Position numbers and translations under genes: made by a program. Below, piece after piece: positions 49,797 through 59,222 of a stretch of DNA of 64,000 bases. The notes beneath the pieces were generated by a model. That model was not told the origin of the DNA. It ran no database searches and was given only the letters and a program-made list of their open reading frames with translations. Positions within the stretch are counted from its first letter, which is position 1. Every line of letters starts with the position of its first letter. This DNA is from an uncultured Pseudomonadota bacterium (GTDB lineage: Bacteria > Oederibacteriota > Muellerivitia > Muellerivitales > Muellerivitaceae), in the NCBI GenBank assembly GCA_963843375.1, contig CAWJKT010000011.1, positions 96,001 through 160,000 of the forward strand, read 5' to 3'.

Positions 49797-51389
49797 ATGA
49801 CTGAACAGCCGGAAAAAGGAATATCCCGGGCGGCGATGATGGTGGTCATTACCGCCGGCCTGGCGTCTCTTCTGGAAATCGTGGATACGTCCATCGTTAA
49901 CGTGGCCATTCCCACCATGATGGGCAACTTGGGAGCTACCCTGGATGAGATCGGTTGGGTGGTGACGGGATACATCATTTCCAACGCCATCATCCTGCCC
50001 ATTTCGGGTTGGCTTGGCAACCGGTTTGGCCGTCGGAAATATTACATCACTTGCATCCTGATGTTCATCGTCGCTTCGGTGGCCTGTGGCTTGGCCCCCA
50101 ACCTTTGGACCCTGGTCCTTTTCCGCGTTGTCCAAGGCGCCGCAGGTGGGGCGCTTTTGCCCACCTCCCAGGCCCTGATCCAGGAAGTCTTTCCGGGCAA
50201 ACGTTCCGGCCTTGGTAGCGCCCTTTATGGAATGGTGGTCATCATCGGCCCTACTATCGGTCCCCCTTTGGGGGGGTACCTGACCGACCATTTTGGCTGG
50301 CGCATGATCTTCAACATCAACCTGCCCTTAGGAATATTGGCCGCGTTCCTGGCGACCCTCTATGTGACGGACTATGCGGAGGATGGGGAACACGCTGCAG
50401 CCCGCCAAGCCATGAAAAGAGCCCCGGTTGACACCCTAGGCCTCACCTTTCTTATCGTGGGGGTCGGCTGTCTACAATACGTGTTGGAACGGGGTCAAAC
50501 GGACGACTGGTTTTCTTCACACCTTATCCTGGCCTTTAGCCTGACGGCGGCCTTTTGCATTCCGGCCTTCATTTGGTGGGAACTGACAACTGAACATCCC
50601 ATCATGGACCTTCGGCTTTATAAAAACCCCGCCCTCATTAACGGCACCATCATGATGGCCTGTGTGGGAGGGATGCTTTACGGCCTGATCTTTTTTATTC
50701 CTATCTTTGCCTCGACTATTCTGGGCATGGACGCGGGCCAGACAGGCAACCTTTTTACCCCCGGTGCTATCGCCTCGGGGGTGATGATGCCTATTATTGG
50801 AAGCCAATTGCGAAAAAGGGATCCGCGGCTTTTTATGGTCTTCGGTATTTGTGTTACCGATACGGCCCTGGTTCTGATCGCTCATTTCACCCCTCAGTCC
50901 ACTTATTGGAACCTATTCTGGCCCCTTCTGATCCGGGGGTTGGGCATGGCGGCGCTCTTTATTCCCATTAATGCGCTCGTCCTGGGAGGTTTCACAGGCC
51001 CGGCCTTGGGTCAGGCGGCCGGCATCATGAACCTGTCGCGGCAATTGGGCGGAAGCCTGGGAATCGCCATCCTTTCCACCATGTTTAACAAGTCCACGGA
51101 CGCCGCCTATGACCACCTTCGTCAGTACATCAGCCCCCTCAGCATGGGCTTCAGCCAATGGGCGCAGGGGGCCAAGGGTTTGGCCTTCCGGTTTTCCAAT
51201 GAGGTGGGGATTTATAACCCCGATAACCTTTTAATTAAGGAAGCCTATTTCCGAGTGAAGAAACAAGCATTCGTCATGGCTTTTGACCAGATGGGATGGG
51301 TGATGGTCATCGGGTTCGCCATCGCGGGTATTCCTATTTTTTTCCTGAAAAAACCCGAACATATGGGGAACCCAGCGGATGCGCATTAA
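49797..51389 (+). CDS. emrB: DHA2 family MFS efflux permease (EmrB-like)
   Basis: LEIVDTSIVNVAIP, WVVTGY, GPTIGPPLGGYLTDHFGWRMIFNINLPLG, VLERGQTDDWFSS. Confidence 0.92.
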   Translation: MTEQPEKGISRAAMMVVITAGLASLLEIVDTSIVNVAIPTMMGNLGATLDEIGWVVTGYIISNAIILPISGWLGNRFGRRKYYITCILMFIVASVACGLAPNLWTLVLFRVVQGAAGGALLPTSQALIQEVFPGKRSGLGSALYGMVVIIGPTIGPPLGGYLTDHFGWRMIFNINLPLGILAAFLATLYVTDYAEDGEHAAARQAMKRAPVDTLGLTFLIVGVGCLQYVLERGQTDDWFSSHLILAFSLTAAFCIPAFIWWELTTEHPIMDLRLYKNPALINGTIMMACVGGMLYGLIFFIPIFASTILGMDAGQTGNLFTPGAIASGVMMPIIGSQLRKRDPRLFMVFGICVTDTALVLIAHFTPQSTYWNLFWPLLIRGLGMAALFIPINALVLGGFTGPALGQAAGIMNLSRQLGGSLGIAILSTMFNKSTDAAYDHLRQYISPLSMGFSQWAQGAKGLAFRFSNEVGIYNPDNLLIKEAYFRVKKQAFVMAFDQMGWVMVIGFAIAGIPIFFLKKPEHMGNPADAH

Positions 51390-51477
51390 TTTAATTAGGA
51401 AACTGAAAAATCCTGATTGCAGCCAATCAGCTGAGGAAAAAGTTTAAATCATTTCCAAAGTTCATTTTAGGAGAGAG

Positions 51478-51508
51478 AGGGGGCGGCTCCCTGAACCGCC
51501 CCTTTTTT
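51478..51508. terminator. Intrinsic terminator between the convergent efflux operons
   Basis: GGGGCGG-ctccctgaa-CCGCCCC followed by TTTTTT. Confidence 0.75.
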
Positions 51509-51557
51509 ATTTTGTCGGCCAAAAATTGAAGGAAGGCTATAACTCGTTTAAATCGTC

Positions 51558-53162
51558 TTATTCCATGGAAACGGATTCTTTGTTTCCTGCCACAGGTTTG
51601 TTGGGGAGCAAAAGTGCCGGAAACAATCCCAACGCACAGATGATCGCCCCAAAAAGAAAAGCGTCGTCAAAGGCTTGCACCGATCCCGCCAATCCCAACT
51701 GCCCCGCCAAGGCCTGAATCCCCACTATCCGTGAAACGGCGTGGTTTGTCCCTAATAGGCGTGCCTGGGTGGCGACATCCGTGACAACCTGGGCATTGGC
51801 TCCCACTAGGGAGCTGATCTCGCTGGAAATGATCATTTGATGGAAATGGGTACGGTGGTCCAGGAAGGTTCCCAGGACAGCGATGCCAATGGAACCCGCC
51901 ACTTGCTGTAGCAGGTTCATAATCGCCGACCCCATGCCCGCGCTATGCTTGGGGATAACATTCAAGGCCGCCGCCATGACGGGAGCAATAAGCAGACCGA
52001 TGCCTACCCCCCGAACCAGGGTGGGAAGAATAACGTCCCAAACCGTGGTGTTCACGTCCAGGGCCCGGTACATGTACATGAAGATGACGATCCCTACCAA
52101 CCCTGCCAAGGTTGGCCAGCGGGGCCCGTACTTGTCGCTCAACTTTCCTGAAATGGGCATGAAGAGGCCGATGACCATGGCCCCCGGGAGCATGATAAGA
52201 CCGCTCTGGATCTCGTCGAAGCCCATGAGGTTCTGCAGAAAAATGGGCAAAAGAAACATCCCGCCGAAAAGGGCCACCGACCGCATGCAGACCACCAGCA
52301 TGCCGGCAGAAAAAATGGGATACCGAAAAAGCTTTAGGTCGATGATGCCGTGGGGAACAATACTGTCCACCGTAAGAAAACCCACCAGGCCGATCGCTCC
52401 AGTCACGAAACAAGTGGAAATATAAAAAGAAGTCCAGCCCTTTTCCTCCCCCTGGGAAAGTCCCAACAAGGATCCCACCAGGAAGGCCGAGAGAAAAAAG
52501 AAGCCGGCGAAATCAAAAGGCTTCTGGTGCTCTAGTTTGGGGACGTCCTTTCGAAGCAGGGCCACCGCCAGCAGGAAACCCAGGATGCCCACGGGGAGAT
52601 TCACCAAAAAGATAGAACGCCAGCCAACGGTATGGGTGAGGAAGCCTCCAAGAGTGGGGCCAAAAGTGGGGCCTACGATCACTCCGATACCCCAATAGCC
52701 CAGGGCCTTACCCCGTTCTTCTGGCGGAAAGACGTCGGAAATCATAGCCATGCCGGTGGGTGTGATAGCCCCGCCACCCAGAGCCTGGAGAACCCTAAAG
52801 AAAACAAGTGAAGGAAGGTTCCAGGCCAAGCCGCATAAAAGGGAGCCCAGAGTGAAGATGACAAGGCTGATGAGGTAGATGTTACGGTAGCCAATACGGT
52901 CGCGAAACCAAGAAGTCAGGGGCATCAGGATCGAAAAGGAGAGCATGTAGCCGGTGATGACCCATTCGATGTCGTCCACGGTAGAGCCGAAGTCAGACAT
53001 GATATCGGGAAGGGAAATATTCACGATGCTCTGATCCAGGGCCGCCATCAAAGTCCCGATCATGACGACCCAAAGCACCTCCCACTTGTAATGTAGGTCG
53101 GCGATGGAGGCGGGTACGTGGATGCCCGAGGAAGCGATCCTTATCTCTTTTGTGTTCGCCAT
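51558..53162 (-). CDS. emrB: DHA2 family MFS efflux permease (EmrB/QacA-like)
   Basis: MAALDQSIVNISLP, WVITGYML, GPTFGPTLGGFLT..GWRSIFLVNLPVG. Confidence 0.92.
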   Translation of the reverse strand: MANTKEIRIASSGIHVPASIADLHYKWEVLWVVMIGTLMAALDQSIVNISLPDIMSDFGSTVDDIEWVITGYMLSFSILMPLTSWFRDRIGYRNIYLISLVIFTLGSLLCGLAWNLPSLVFFRVLQALGGGAITPTGMAMISDVFPPEERGKALGYWGIGVIVGPTFGPTLGGFLTHTVGWRSIFLVNLPVGILGFLLAVALLRKDVPKLEHQKPFDFAGFFFLSAFLVGSLLGLSQGEEKGWTSFYISTCFVTGAIGLVGFLTVDSIVPHGIIDLKLFRYPIFSAGMLVVCMRSVALFGGMFLLPIFLQNLMGFDEIQSGLIMLPGAMVIGLFMPISGKLSDKYGPRWPTLAGLVGIVIFMYMYRALDVNTTVWDVILPTLVRGVGIGLLIAPVMAAALNVIPKHSAGMGSAIMNLLQQVAGSIGIAVLGTFLDHRTHFHQMIISSEISSLVGANAQVVTDVATQARLLGTNHAVSRIVGIQALAGQLGLAGSVQAFDDAFLFGAIICALGLFPALLLPNKPVAGNKESVSME

Positions 53163-53203
53163 ATCAAGGCTCCCAAAACAAACGATGAACTATAAATTTG
53201 ACT

Positions 53204-54058
53204 TCAATGCACTTTAATTTTGATCTCCACTGATTCACCAACCTTCAGGGCAACACCGGGGTGATCGTCCAGGCGTATCTTGATGGGGATGCGCTGGACT
53301 AGTTTGATAAAGTTGCCAGAGGGATTTTCCATAGGGATCATGGAAAACTGGGATTCGGAAGCAGAGGTGATTTCCGATACTTGACCGGTCAGTTTTCCAC
53401 CCGCGTCCACTTGGATACGGACGGGTTGACCGATTTCCACTCTTCCGACCTTGGTTTCTTCGACATTGGCCGCCACCCAGGCGTGACCGATATCAGCCAA
53501 GGTCAGGGCGGTCTGGCCTCGCTCTAAAATATCGCCCACCTCAACCGTACGCTGCACCACGATCCCGTCGAAGGGACTTTTCAGGTAAGTGTCGTTCAAT
53601 TCGATTTGGGCTGATTCCAAGTCGGCTTGGGCTTCCTGATCGGCGGCTTTCGCCAGATCGTAATTACGGGTGGCAATGGCTTTTTCGGCGGACAGGTTCT
53701 GGGCCCGCACCCAGTCCTCGCGGGCCACAATGGCCCTCGACTGGGCTCTGGCTAGGTTTTCCTGGGCTTGGGCATGGTCCAGTTCCACTAACACCTGCCC
53801 CGAAACGACCCGGTCCCCTGCGTCCACCACGACTCGTATAACCGATCCACCCACGCCCTGTGGCGCTAGACGCACCATTGTTGCCGCCACCCGGGCATCG
53901 TCGGTGGAGACGTAGGGGAATACAAAGATGAGCCACGCTACTAGGCCCAAGGCGCCTACAGCAAAGGTGATTTTACCCGTTAGCACGGCTCGGGGGTGTT
54001 TCCACCACGCCAGGGTCTCTGGTGGGGTGGTGGATTTGTGGGATGTTTTAGAGTTCAT
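53204..54058 (-). CDS. emrA: EmrA/HlyD family membrane fusion protein
   Basis: YVSTDDARV, LKSPFDGIV, WVAANVEET, ENPSGNFIKLVQRIPIKI. Confidence 0.9.
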   Translation of the reverse strand: MNSKTSHKSTTPPETLAWWKHPRAVLTGKITFAVGALGLVAWLIFVFPYVSTDDARVAATMVRLAPQGVGGSVIRVVVDAGDRVVSGQVLVELDHAQAQENLARAQSRAIVAREDWVRAQNLSAEKAIATRNYDLAKAADQEAQADLESAQIELNDTYLKSPFDGIVVQRTVEVGDILERGQTALTLADIGHAWVAANVEETKVGRVEIGQPVRIQVDAGGKLTGQVSEITSASESQFSMIPMENPSGNFIKLVQRIPIKIRLDDHPGVALKVGESVEIKIKVH

Positions 54059-54060
54059 AT

Positions 54061-54504
54061 TTATTCCTCCTTTGGTTTCTGCGAGTCCGGCGGGGCGGTG
54101 AATGAATCCAGGATTTTATCCAGCAGCCGTAGGAAAACCTTTTTTTCGGCGGGAGACAGGGGGTCCACCAGCTTTCGGGATACGGAGGCGTAAAGCCCCT
54201 CAACCCGTCCGGCCAAGTTCTGTCCCTTGGGGGTGAGGGAAAGCTGCCAACGCCTTTGGTCGGTGGCGTGTTCTTCGCGCCGAACCAAGGTTCTTTTTAA
54301 AAGAACCGCCACGGCGCGGTTGACCGCCGCGGGATCCGTCACCGTGGCGCGGGAAAGACCTGTCGGGGAACTTGTTCCGTGACTGGAAAGATAATGAAGG
54401 AGGATGGCCTGTTTCGGTCCGATTCCCAGGGGTTTCAGGCTTTGAGTGAAGGAAAGATTCAACCGTCGGCGCAATTTTCCGAATTTTTCCAATGCTTGAA
54501 TCAT
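54061..54504 (-). CDS. MarR family transcriptional regulator
   Basis: DPAAVNRAVAVL...DQRRWQLSLTPKG; start MIQALEK with AAAGGA RBS. Confidence 0.9.
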   Translation of the reverse strand: MIQALEKFGKLRRRLNLSFTQSLKPLGIGPKQAILLHYLSSHGTSSPTGLSRATVTDPAAVNRAVAVLLKRTLVRREEHATDQRRWQLSLTPKGQNLAGRVEGLYASVSRKLVDPLSPAEKKVFLRLLDKILDSFTAPPDSQKPKEE

Positions 54505-54518
54505 GAGTGTTCCTTTCT

Positions 54519-54545
54519 TTGATACATCAATCATTGATATATCAA
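54519..54545. promoter_or_regulatory. Tandem MarR-type palindromic operators
   Basis: TTGATACATCAA (54519-54530) and TTGATATATCAA (54534-54545) directly upstream of marR. Confidence 0.8.
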
Positions 54546-54620
54546 CAAAGTAAGGCTGAATCAAGAGAGCTTTTTATGAGAATGATCGAGTTTTAAGAGA
54601 GGGACAGGCTGGTAAGGGCC

Positions 54621-55043
54621 TCAGGGCCCGCTGACGGTTAATAAATTGCAAGGCGAGTTTATAGAGATTTCAACTACATAAAGATTGCCTGAGTTTGCCT
54701 GGAAAGTATCGGCGTAGTTGCCGGGTGGGTCAGATTTAGGATTGGAATTGGCTATGGTACAAGCGGAGTTATTACAGGTGTTTCCTTCCGGATTTAAATT
54801 CACGGTATGGGACCCCGGAGCAGCCAAAGGAAAAGTGTAAACCGCTCCGTAGCTGATTGCCACTGTGTTGGCTCCATCAAGATTCACGTCGACCGGACAA
54901 CCCGTGCTACCACCAACATTAGTAGAAGTAGGATAGCTGACCTCAATGGTAGCTTTGGAGGATTGGGGACTGAACAAATTGCAACCCATCGACAAGGACA
55001 TCAAGACCAGGGATAAGGCTAATAAGAAAATGCTTTTTTTCAC
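54621..55043 (-). CDS. Hypothetical lipoprotein (beta-rich, Cys-containing)
   Basis: GTG start with GGAGGA RBS; lipobox LSMGC. Confidence 0.75.
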   Translation of the reverse strand: MKKSIFLLALSLVLMSLSMGCNLFSPQSSKATIEVSYPTSTNVGGSTGCPVDVNLDGANTVAISYGAVYTFPLAAPGSHTVNLNPEGNTCNNSACTIANSNPKSDPPGNYADTFQANSGNLYVVEISINSPCNLLTVSGP

Positions 55044-55200
55044 GGAAAATCCTCCACAAAAATGACGATCGACTAAAATCTTACCCCAAACTCCTTTGGT
55101 TCCCAACCTTCTTTTGACGATAGTCTAATGCCAAATGAGCCGCCAACCGAAAGGGTAAATCGGTGCAAATTACCCATTTACAACATTCCTGGCCCAAAAC

Positions 55201-56013
55201 TTATCGAAATTCCACGCAGCGCATGGACAAATTGCCATATTCAAAGCCTTGATGGGGAAAAGTGATCATGGCTTTGGGGCCTTCTGCTCCCGCTGCTGCC
55301 GCGACCAGTAAGGGTGTGTAATGATCATCGGTTGGGTGGGCTGTCCGGGCGGACGGGGCTTCGTTCATATATCGGGTTAAGGTCTCAAAATCGGCATCTT
55401 CCAATTTTTCCTTAACCCATTCATCGAATTCTAGAGCCCAACCTTCCGGTTCTCCATAACGGTCCGCGTAATTAAGAATCCTCAAATTGTGGGTGATATT
55501 CCCGCTTCCCAAAATAAAAACTCCTTCCGATCTAAGCGGGGCCAAGGCTTTACCTAATGCGAGATGTTGGTCCATTGGAACTCTTGTTCCAATGGAAACC
55601 TGAAGAACAGGAATATCGGCATTCGGAAACATATGGACCAGGGGCACCCAGGCGCCGTGGTCCAGTCCACGGCTGGGGCTTTCGATGGGCCTCAAGCCTG
55701 CTTTAGAAAGGAGGGAAAAAACTTCCCTTCCCAATTCGGGGGCGGACGGGGCAGGGTATTTCACCTGGTACAACGACTCCGGGAAGCCATAGAAATCGTA
55801 AATGAGCCCGGTTTCCTGAGTTGGGCCGATATGAACCGGGCGCTCCAGCCAGTGGGCGGAAACCATTAAAATAGCCTTGGGTTTTGGAAGGGACCTTCCC
55901 CAATTTCTCCAAGACTCGACGGTTAGGCCTGTTTTTTCCAAGCCGAGAGTGGGAGCGCCATGGCCCACGAAACCCACAGGCATAAAGCTGGATTGTTTAA
56001 GTACCGGGTTCAC
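55201..56013 (-). CDS. 4,5-DOPA-type class III extradiol dioxygenase (LigB/YgiD family)
   Basis: GHGAP, SAHW, IYDFYGFP, RGLDHGAWVPL, GSGNITHNL, AHPTDDHY. Confidence 0.92.
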   Translation of the reverse strand: MNPVLKQSSFMPVGFVGHGAPTLGLEKTGLTVESWRNWGRSLPKPKAILMVSAHWLERPVHIGPTQETGLIYDFYGFPESLYQVKYPAPSAPELGREVFSLLSKAGLRPIESPSRGLDHGAWVPLVHMFPNADIPVLQVSIGTRVPMDQHLALGKALAPLRSEGVFILGSGNITHNLRILNYADRYGEPEGWALEFDEWVKEKLEDADFETLTRYMNEAPSARTAHPTDDHYTPLLVAAAAGAEGPKAMITFPHQGFEYGNLSMRCVEFR

Positions 56014-56093
56014 CCCTACCTTCTTTCACATTCAAGATAAGTGTTTTTAGTCAAAAGTTAAGTGTGAAATGGAGATAGGGAATATAAATAAAG

Positions 56094-56107
56094 TTACCAT
56101 AAGGTAA
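56094..56107. promoter_or_regulatory. Palindromic operator upstream of the dioxygenase
   Basis: TTACC-ATAA-GGTAA next to a minus-strand TTGACC hexamer (56112-56117). Confidence 0.45.
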
Positions 56108-56288
56108 GGGTGGTCAAAAAAGGCTATTAGTTTCCGCCAATAGAGGGTGAGTTTTTGAAATTCCTGCGTCAAGCCCATAAGAAAGGGGTTGGGGGTTCGG
56201 TTCCTTTTGCGCTTTTGGTTCAACTGGGCAGGAAGAAATCCATTCCGTGGAAAATAGTTTGGATTGAGCGATTATGGTTGGGGAGCGT

Positions 56289-56576
56289 TTACAGGAACTT
56301 GATGATCCTCAGTTTTCGGCTCTTGCGGGAAGGATTGAAAACTCGCAGTAACAGTAGCAGAATCACAGCGCCGATGAGAGACATGGCCAAGGCGCTAAAA
56401 AATCCTCCAATTCGGATATCCAACTCATCGGCTAGGAAACCCCCGATAACGGCCCCCAGGATACCTACCACCACGTCACCAATGGCACTCATGCCGCGAC
56501 CCCGGACCAAAAGGCTGGCCAGCCAACCTGTTAAAAGCCCAACTATCAGATACCAGGTAATTTCGTGTCCAAACAT
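56289..56576 (-). CDS. GlsB/YeaQ/YmgE family (transglycosylase-associated) membrane protein
   Basis: LIVGLLTGWLA...DVVVGILGAVIGGFL...IGAVILL. Confidence 0.9.
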   Translation of the reverse strand: MFGHEITWYLIVGLLTGWLASLLVRGRGMSAIGDVVVGILGAVIGGFLADELDIRIGGFFSALAMSLIGAVILLLLLRVFNPSRKSRKLRIIKFL

Positions 56577-56858
56577 ATTGTTCTCCCCGGACTTGCCCGA
56601 AACCGGCAAAGCCCACCTCTATTTAATTCCCTTTGGAAAGGAAAAATAAAGCGGGTGGGACGAAAAACCACTTTCGACGTTTTCCCAGGGGAGTCCCATT
56701 GGGAAATTGGCGGTGAAGCTTTTTTTGACGGGTTAAAAAACGATTTTAGACACCTCGAAAAGGGAAACTGAAGCAATCATTCAAGTGGTTACTTGCTTTG
56801 AAAAAGGAAGGGTCCTAGATTTTATTAAGTCTAATCATCAGTCCATAAGGAGGCGGCC

Positions 56859-57296
56859 ATGAAAAATTTTATTGTTCTGGCTTTTTGTTGTTTTGCCTTA
56901 ATGGGTTGCAGCCCGGTCATTGCGGAAGAGGCAGTCCAAACCGTAACCCAGGACACCCAAAAAACTCTGGACGATACTGGAAAATACATCAACGAAAGAA
57001 AAGAAGATTATGAAATTAGAATTCGGAAGGATTTGAACCGCTTGAAGGCAAAAATCAACCTTCAGGAACAAAAACTCTCCTCGGACGCGGCTCGTATGGG
57101 AAAGGACGTCGATAAAGACCTTCAGAAGCAGATCCACGGCTTGCACCGGCAGGAAAAAGCCTTGGACGCTCAATTACCAAAAGTTGAGAAAAGCGGTGAA
57201 AAAGATTTGGACCAACTTAAATCCGATATTGACAAGGGAATGAAAAATTTGAAAAAGGGCTATGACGACCTGTTGGAAAGCATGAAAGCCAAATAA
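56859..57296 (+). CDS. Coiled-coil lipoprotein, hypothetical
   Basis: AAGGAGG RBS; lipobox-like LMGC; Lys/Glu-rich helical body. Confidence 0.8.
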   Translation: MKNFIVLAFCCFALMGCSPVIAEEAVQTVTQDTQKTLDDTGKYINERKEDYEIRIRKDLNRLKAKINLQEQKLSSDAARMGKDVDKDLQKQIHGLHRQEKALDAQLPKVEKSGEKDLDQLKSDIDKGMKNLKKGYDDLLESMKAK

Positions 57297-57312
57297 TCCC
57301 CGGGGCTCGAGG

Positions 57313-58047
57313 TTATTTATCCGGAGGGGTTTCCGATACTCCTCCGGGTTTCCATTCCTCGGCGCGTTTTTTGGCTTCGTCGGTTTCCTTACCGGTCATG
57401 CGCTTTTCGAGCCACTCGATATCGTTTCTTAGTTCGGATACCTGGCTGCTTTCAAGGGTATGGTACTTAAGGGCGAGAGAAAACCATTTGTGAGACTCGA
57501 CGTAATCCTTGGGACCGCCTTCCCCCAGGGAAAGCATTTGGCCCAAGTTCACCTGGGAATCAGCGTCATTTTGCTCGGCTGCCTTTTTGAACCATTCCAA
57601 GGATTGAACGTAATCCTTGTGTACGCCGACGCCCCTTCCATACATTAATCCCAAATTACCTTCCGAAGAGGCAAGGCCTTGAGCTGCGGCTTTCTTGAAC
57701 CATTTCAAAGCTTCGGAGTCGTCCTCCTTCACTCCCATGCCCTGGGTGTACATGAATCCCAGGTTGTTCTCCGTATCCGCGTCGCCTTTTTGGGCGCCCT
57801 TTCGCAGCCACTTTAGCGCCTCGGCTTGGTTTTTTTCACACCCTAAACCCTTCACATACATAAGTCCAAGGACACCCATGGCTTTGGCGTTGCCTCGCTC
57901 CGCCTCCCTCAGATTGTAGTGAAAAAAATCTTTGGCATTTAGAGACGAAGTGTTGAGGGAGTCCCCTCCTGAAAGTTCCTGGGCAGTTAAAATGGAAGGG
58001 GGCAAAAGAAGCGTAAATGAAAGAAGAAAGGGACAAAAGGACTTCAT
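57313..58047 (-). CDS. Exported Sel1-like repeat protein
   Basis: Repeats LGxMYxxGxGVxxDxxEALKWFKKAAxQG. Confidence 0.92.
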   Translation of the reverse strand: MKSFCPFLLSFTLLLPPSILTAQELSGGDSLNTSSLNAKDFFHYNLREAERGNAKAMGVLGLMYVKGLGCEKNQAEALKWLRKGAQKGDADTENNLGFMYTQGMGVKEDDSEALKWFKKAAAQGLASSEGNLGLMYGRGVGVHKDYVQSLEWFKKAAEQNDADSQVNLGQMLSLGEGGPKDYVESHKWFSLALKYHTLESSQVSELRNDIEWLEKRMTGKETDEAKKRAEEWKPGGVSETPPDK

Positions 58048-58137
58048 GGTTCACGCTCGAATCATTTTTCAGGTTTTTCATCAACAAGGGTATAAAAAAA
58101 AAGTGGAAACCGCAATGGATCGGCTTATGCTAGGTCC

Positions 58138-58491
58138 ATGAAGAAATTGACGCTTTTGGGATACTTCATCGCTTGGTTAGGAGCGATGGGAACGGGTTCC
58201 GCCCAATATGCCCCTTTGACGAGAAATGCATTGCCGCCACGAGCGGGATATTCTGTTTATCCCAAGCCGGTAAAATCGGCTATTCCGAAATCCCGGATGT
58301 TGAGAAAAAAAGGCACGGCGACCGTTTCCGCTCCGAAGAAAGGCGGATTCATCCCTCTTTATCCTAACGCCAACTCGAAGCCGACACCCGTTCGGAATCT
58401 AACTATCCCCAACCCGCCACGGAGCGGACCCGCTTCGGTTGTGGCGCCAAGGACCATGTCTTATCCCTCCCTTTACCAGGACCCGCATTAA
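58138..58491 (+). CDS. Exported Pro-rich basic hypothetical protein
   Basis: MKKLTLLGYFIAWLGAMGTGSA signal peptide; TATGCT 6 nt before the ATG. Confidence 0.55.
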   Translation: MKKLTLLGYFIAWLGAMGTGSAQYAPLTRNALPPRAGYSVYPKPVKSAIPKSRMLRKKGTATVSAPKKGGFIPLYPNANSKPTPVRNLTIPNPPRSGPASVVAPRTMSYPSLYQDPH

Positions 58492-58501
58492 CCCCGAGAG
58501 A

Positions 58502-59098
58502 TCAATGGTTTCCTTTGCCCCAGATATTATCCAGGTATTCGTCGCGGCCTGAATTCATGTGGTACATTTCGTAATGCATTGGGTTTTTCTTGTAAAAGTC
58601 CTGGTGGTAATCTTCGGCGGCGTAGAAATTGGTGAACTGTTTAATAGGCACCACAATGGGTTTGTCGTAACGGCCAGACTTATCCAACTCATCCCGTGAT
58701 TTTTCTGCCAGTTTCTTCTGGGACAAATCGTGATAAAAAATCGCCGCGCGGTAATGGGGTCCCCGGTCCACGAATTGCCCATTGGGATCGGTGGGATTGA
58801 TCTGCTTCCAGAAAACGTTCACCAACTGGGCATAGGTGATTTTGGTAGGGTCAAAAGTAATTTGAACCCCTTCAGTGTATCCCTTATCCCCGTAGTCGTC
58901 ATAGGTAGGATTTTCCCCTTGGCCATCGGCATAACCCGCCACTACTTTCAAAACACCCTCCAGTTTTTCAAAAGGAGGTGTCATGCACCAAAAACAACCG
59001 CCCGCGAAGGTGGCGATTTCTGTTTTTGCCTGGGCAATCGCCGTCAGGCTGATCAAGAGAAATAGAAAAAAGGCCGATTTTCTAAAAAATATTGTCAT
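58502..59098 (-). CDS. msrA: Peptide-methionine (S)-S-oxide reductase with signal peptide
   Basis: ATFAGGCFWC, NPTY, GQFVDRG, FYAAEDYHQDFY. Confidence 0.95.
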   Translation of the reverse strand: MTIFFRKSAFFLFLLISLTAIAQAKTEIATFAGGCFWCMTPPFEKLEGVLKVVAGYADGQGENPTYDDYGDKGYTEGVQITFDPTKITYAQLVNVFWKQINPTDPNGQFVDRGPHYRAAIFYHDLSQKKLAEKSRDELDKSGRYDKPIVVPIKQFTNFYAAEDYHQDFYKKNPMHYEMYHMNSGRDEYLDNIWGKGNH

Positions 59099-59125
59099 GA
59101 TGCTCCTTTGGTGGGGTCTAAAAGG

Positions 59126-59154
59126 ATATACGCTGGGTTGTAGATTTGGTTACA
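59126..59154 (-). promoter_or_regulatory. Putative ECF-sigma promoter of msrA
   Basis: TGTAAC-N16-CGTATAT. Confidence 0.65.
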
Positions 59155-59166
59155 TCAGACAAAAAT

Positions 59167-59200
59167 AAAAAGGCTGGAATTTTGAAATTCCAGCCTTTTT
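59167..59200. terminator. Intrinsic terminator
   Basis: AAAAAGGCTGGAATTT-tg-AAATTCCAGCCTTTTT perfect hairpin downstream of the 59223 gene. Confidence 0.85.
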
Positions 59201-59222
59201 AGTAAAAGAGTATTTAAACCGC

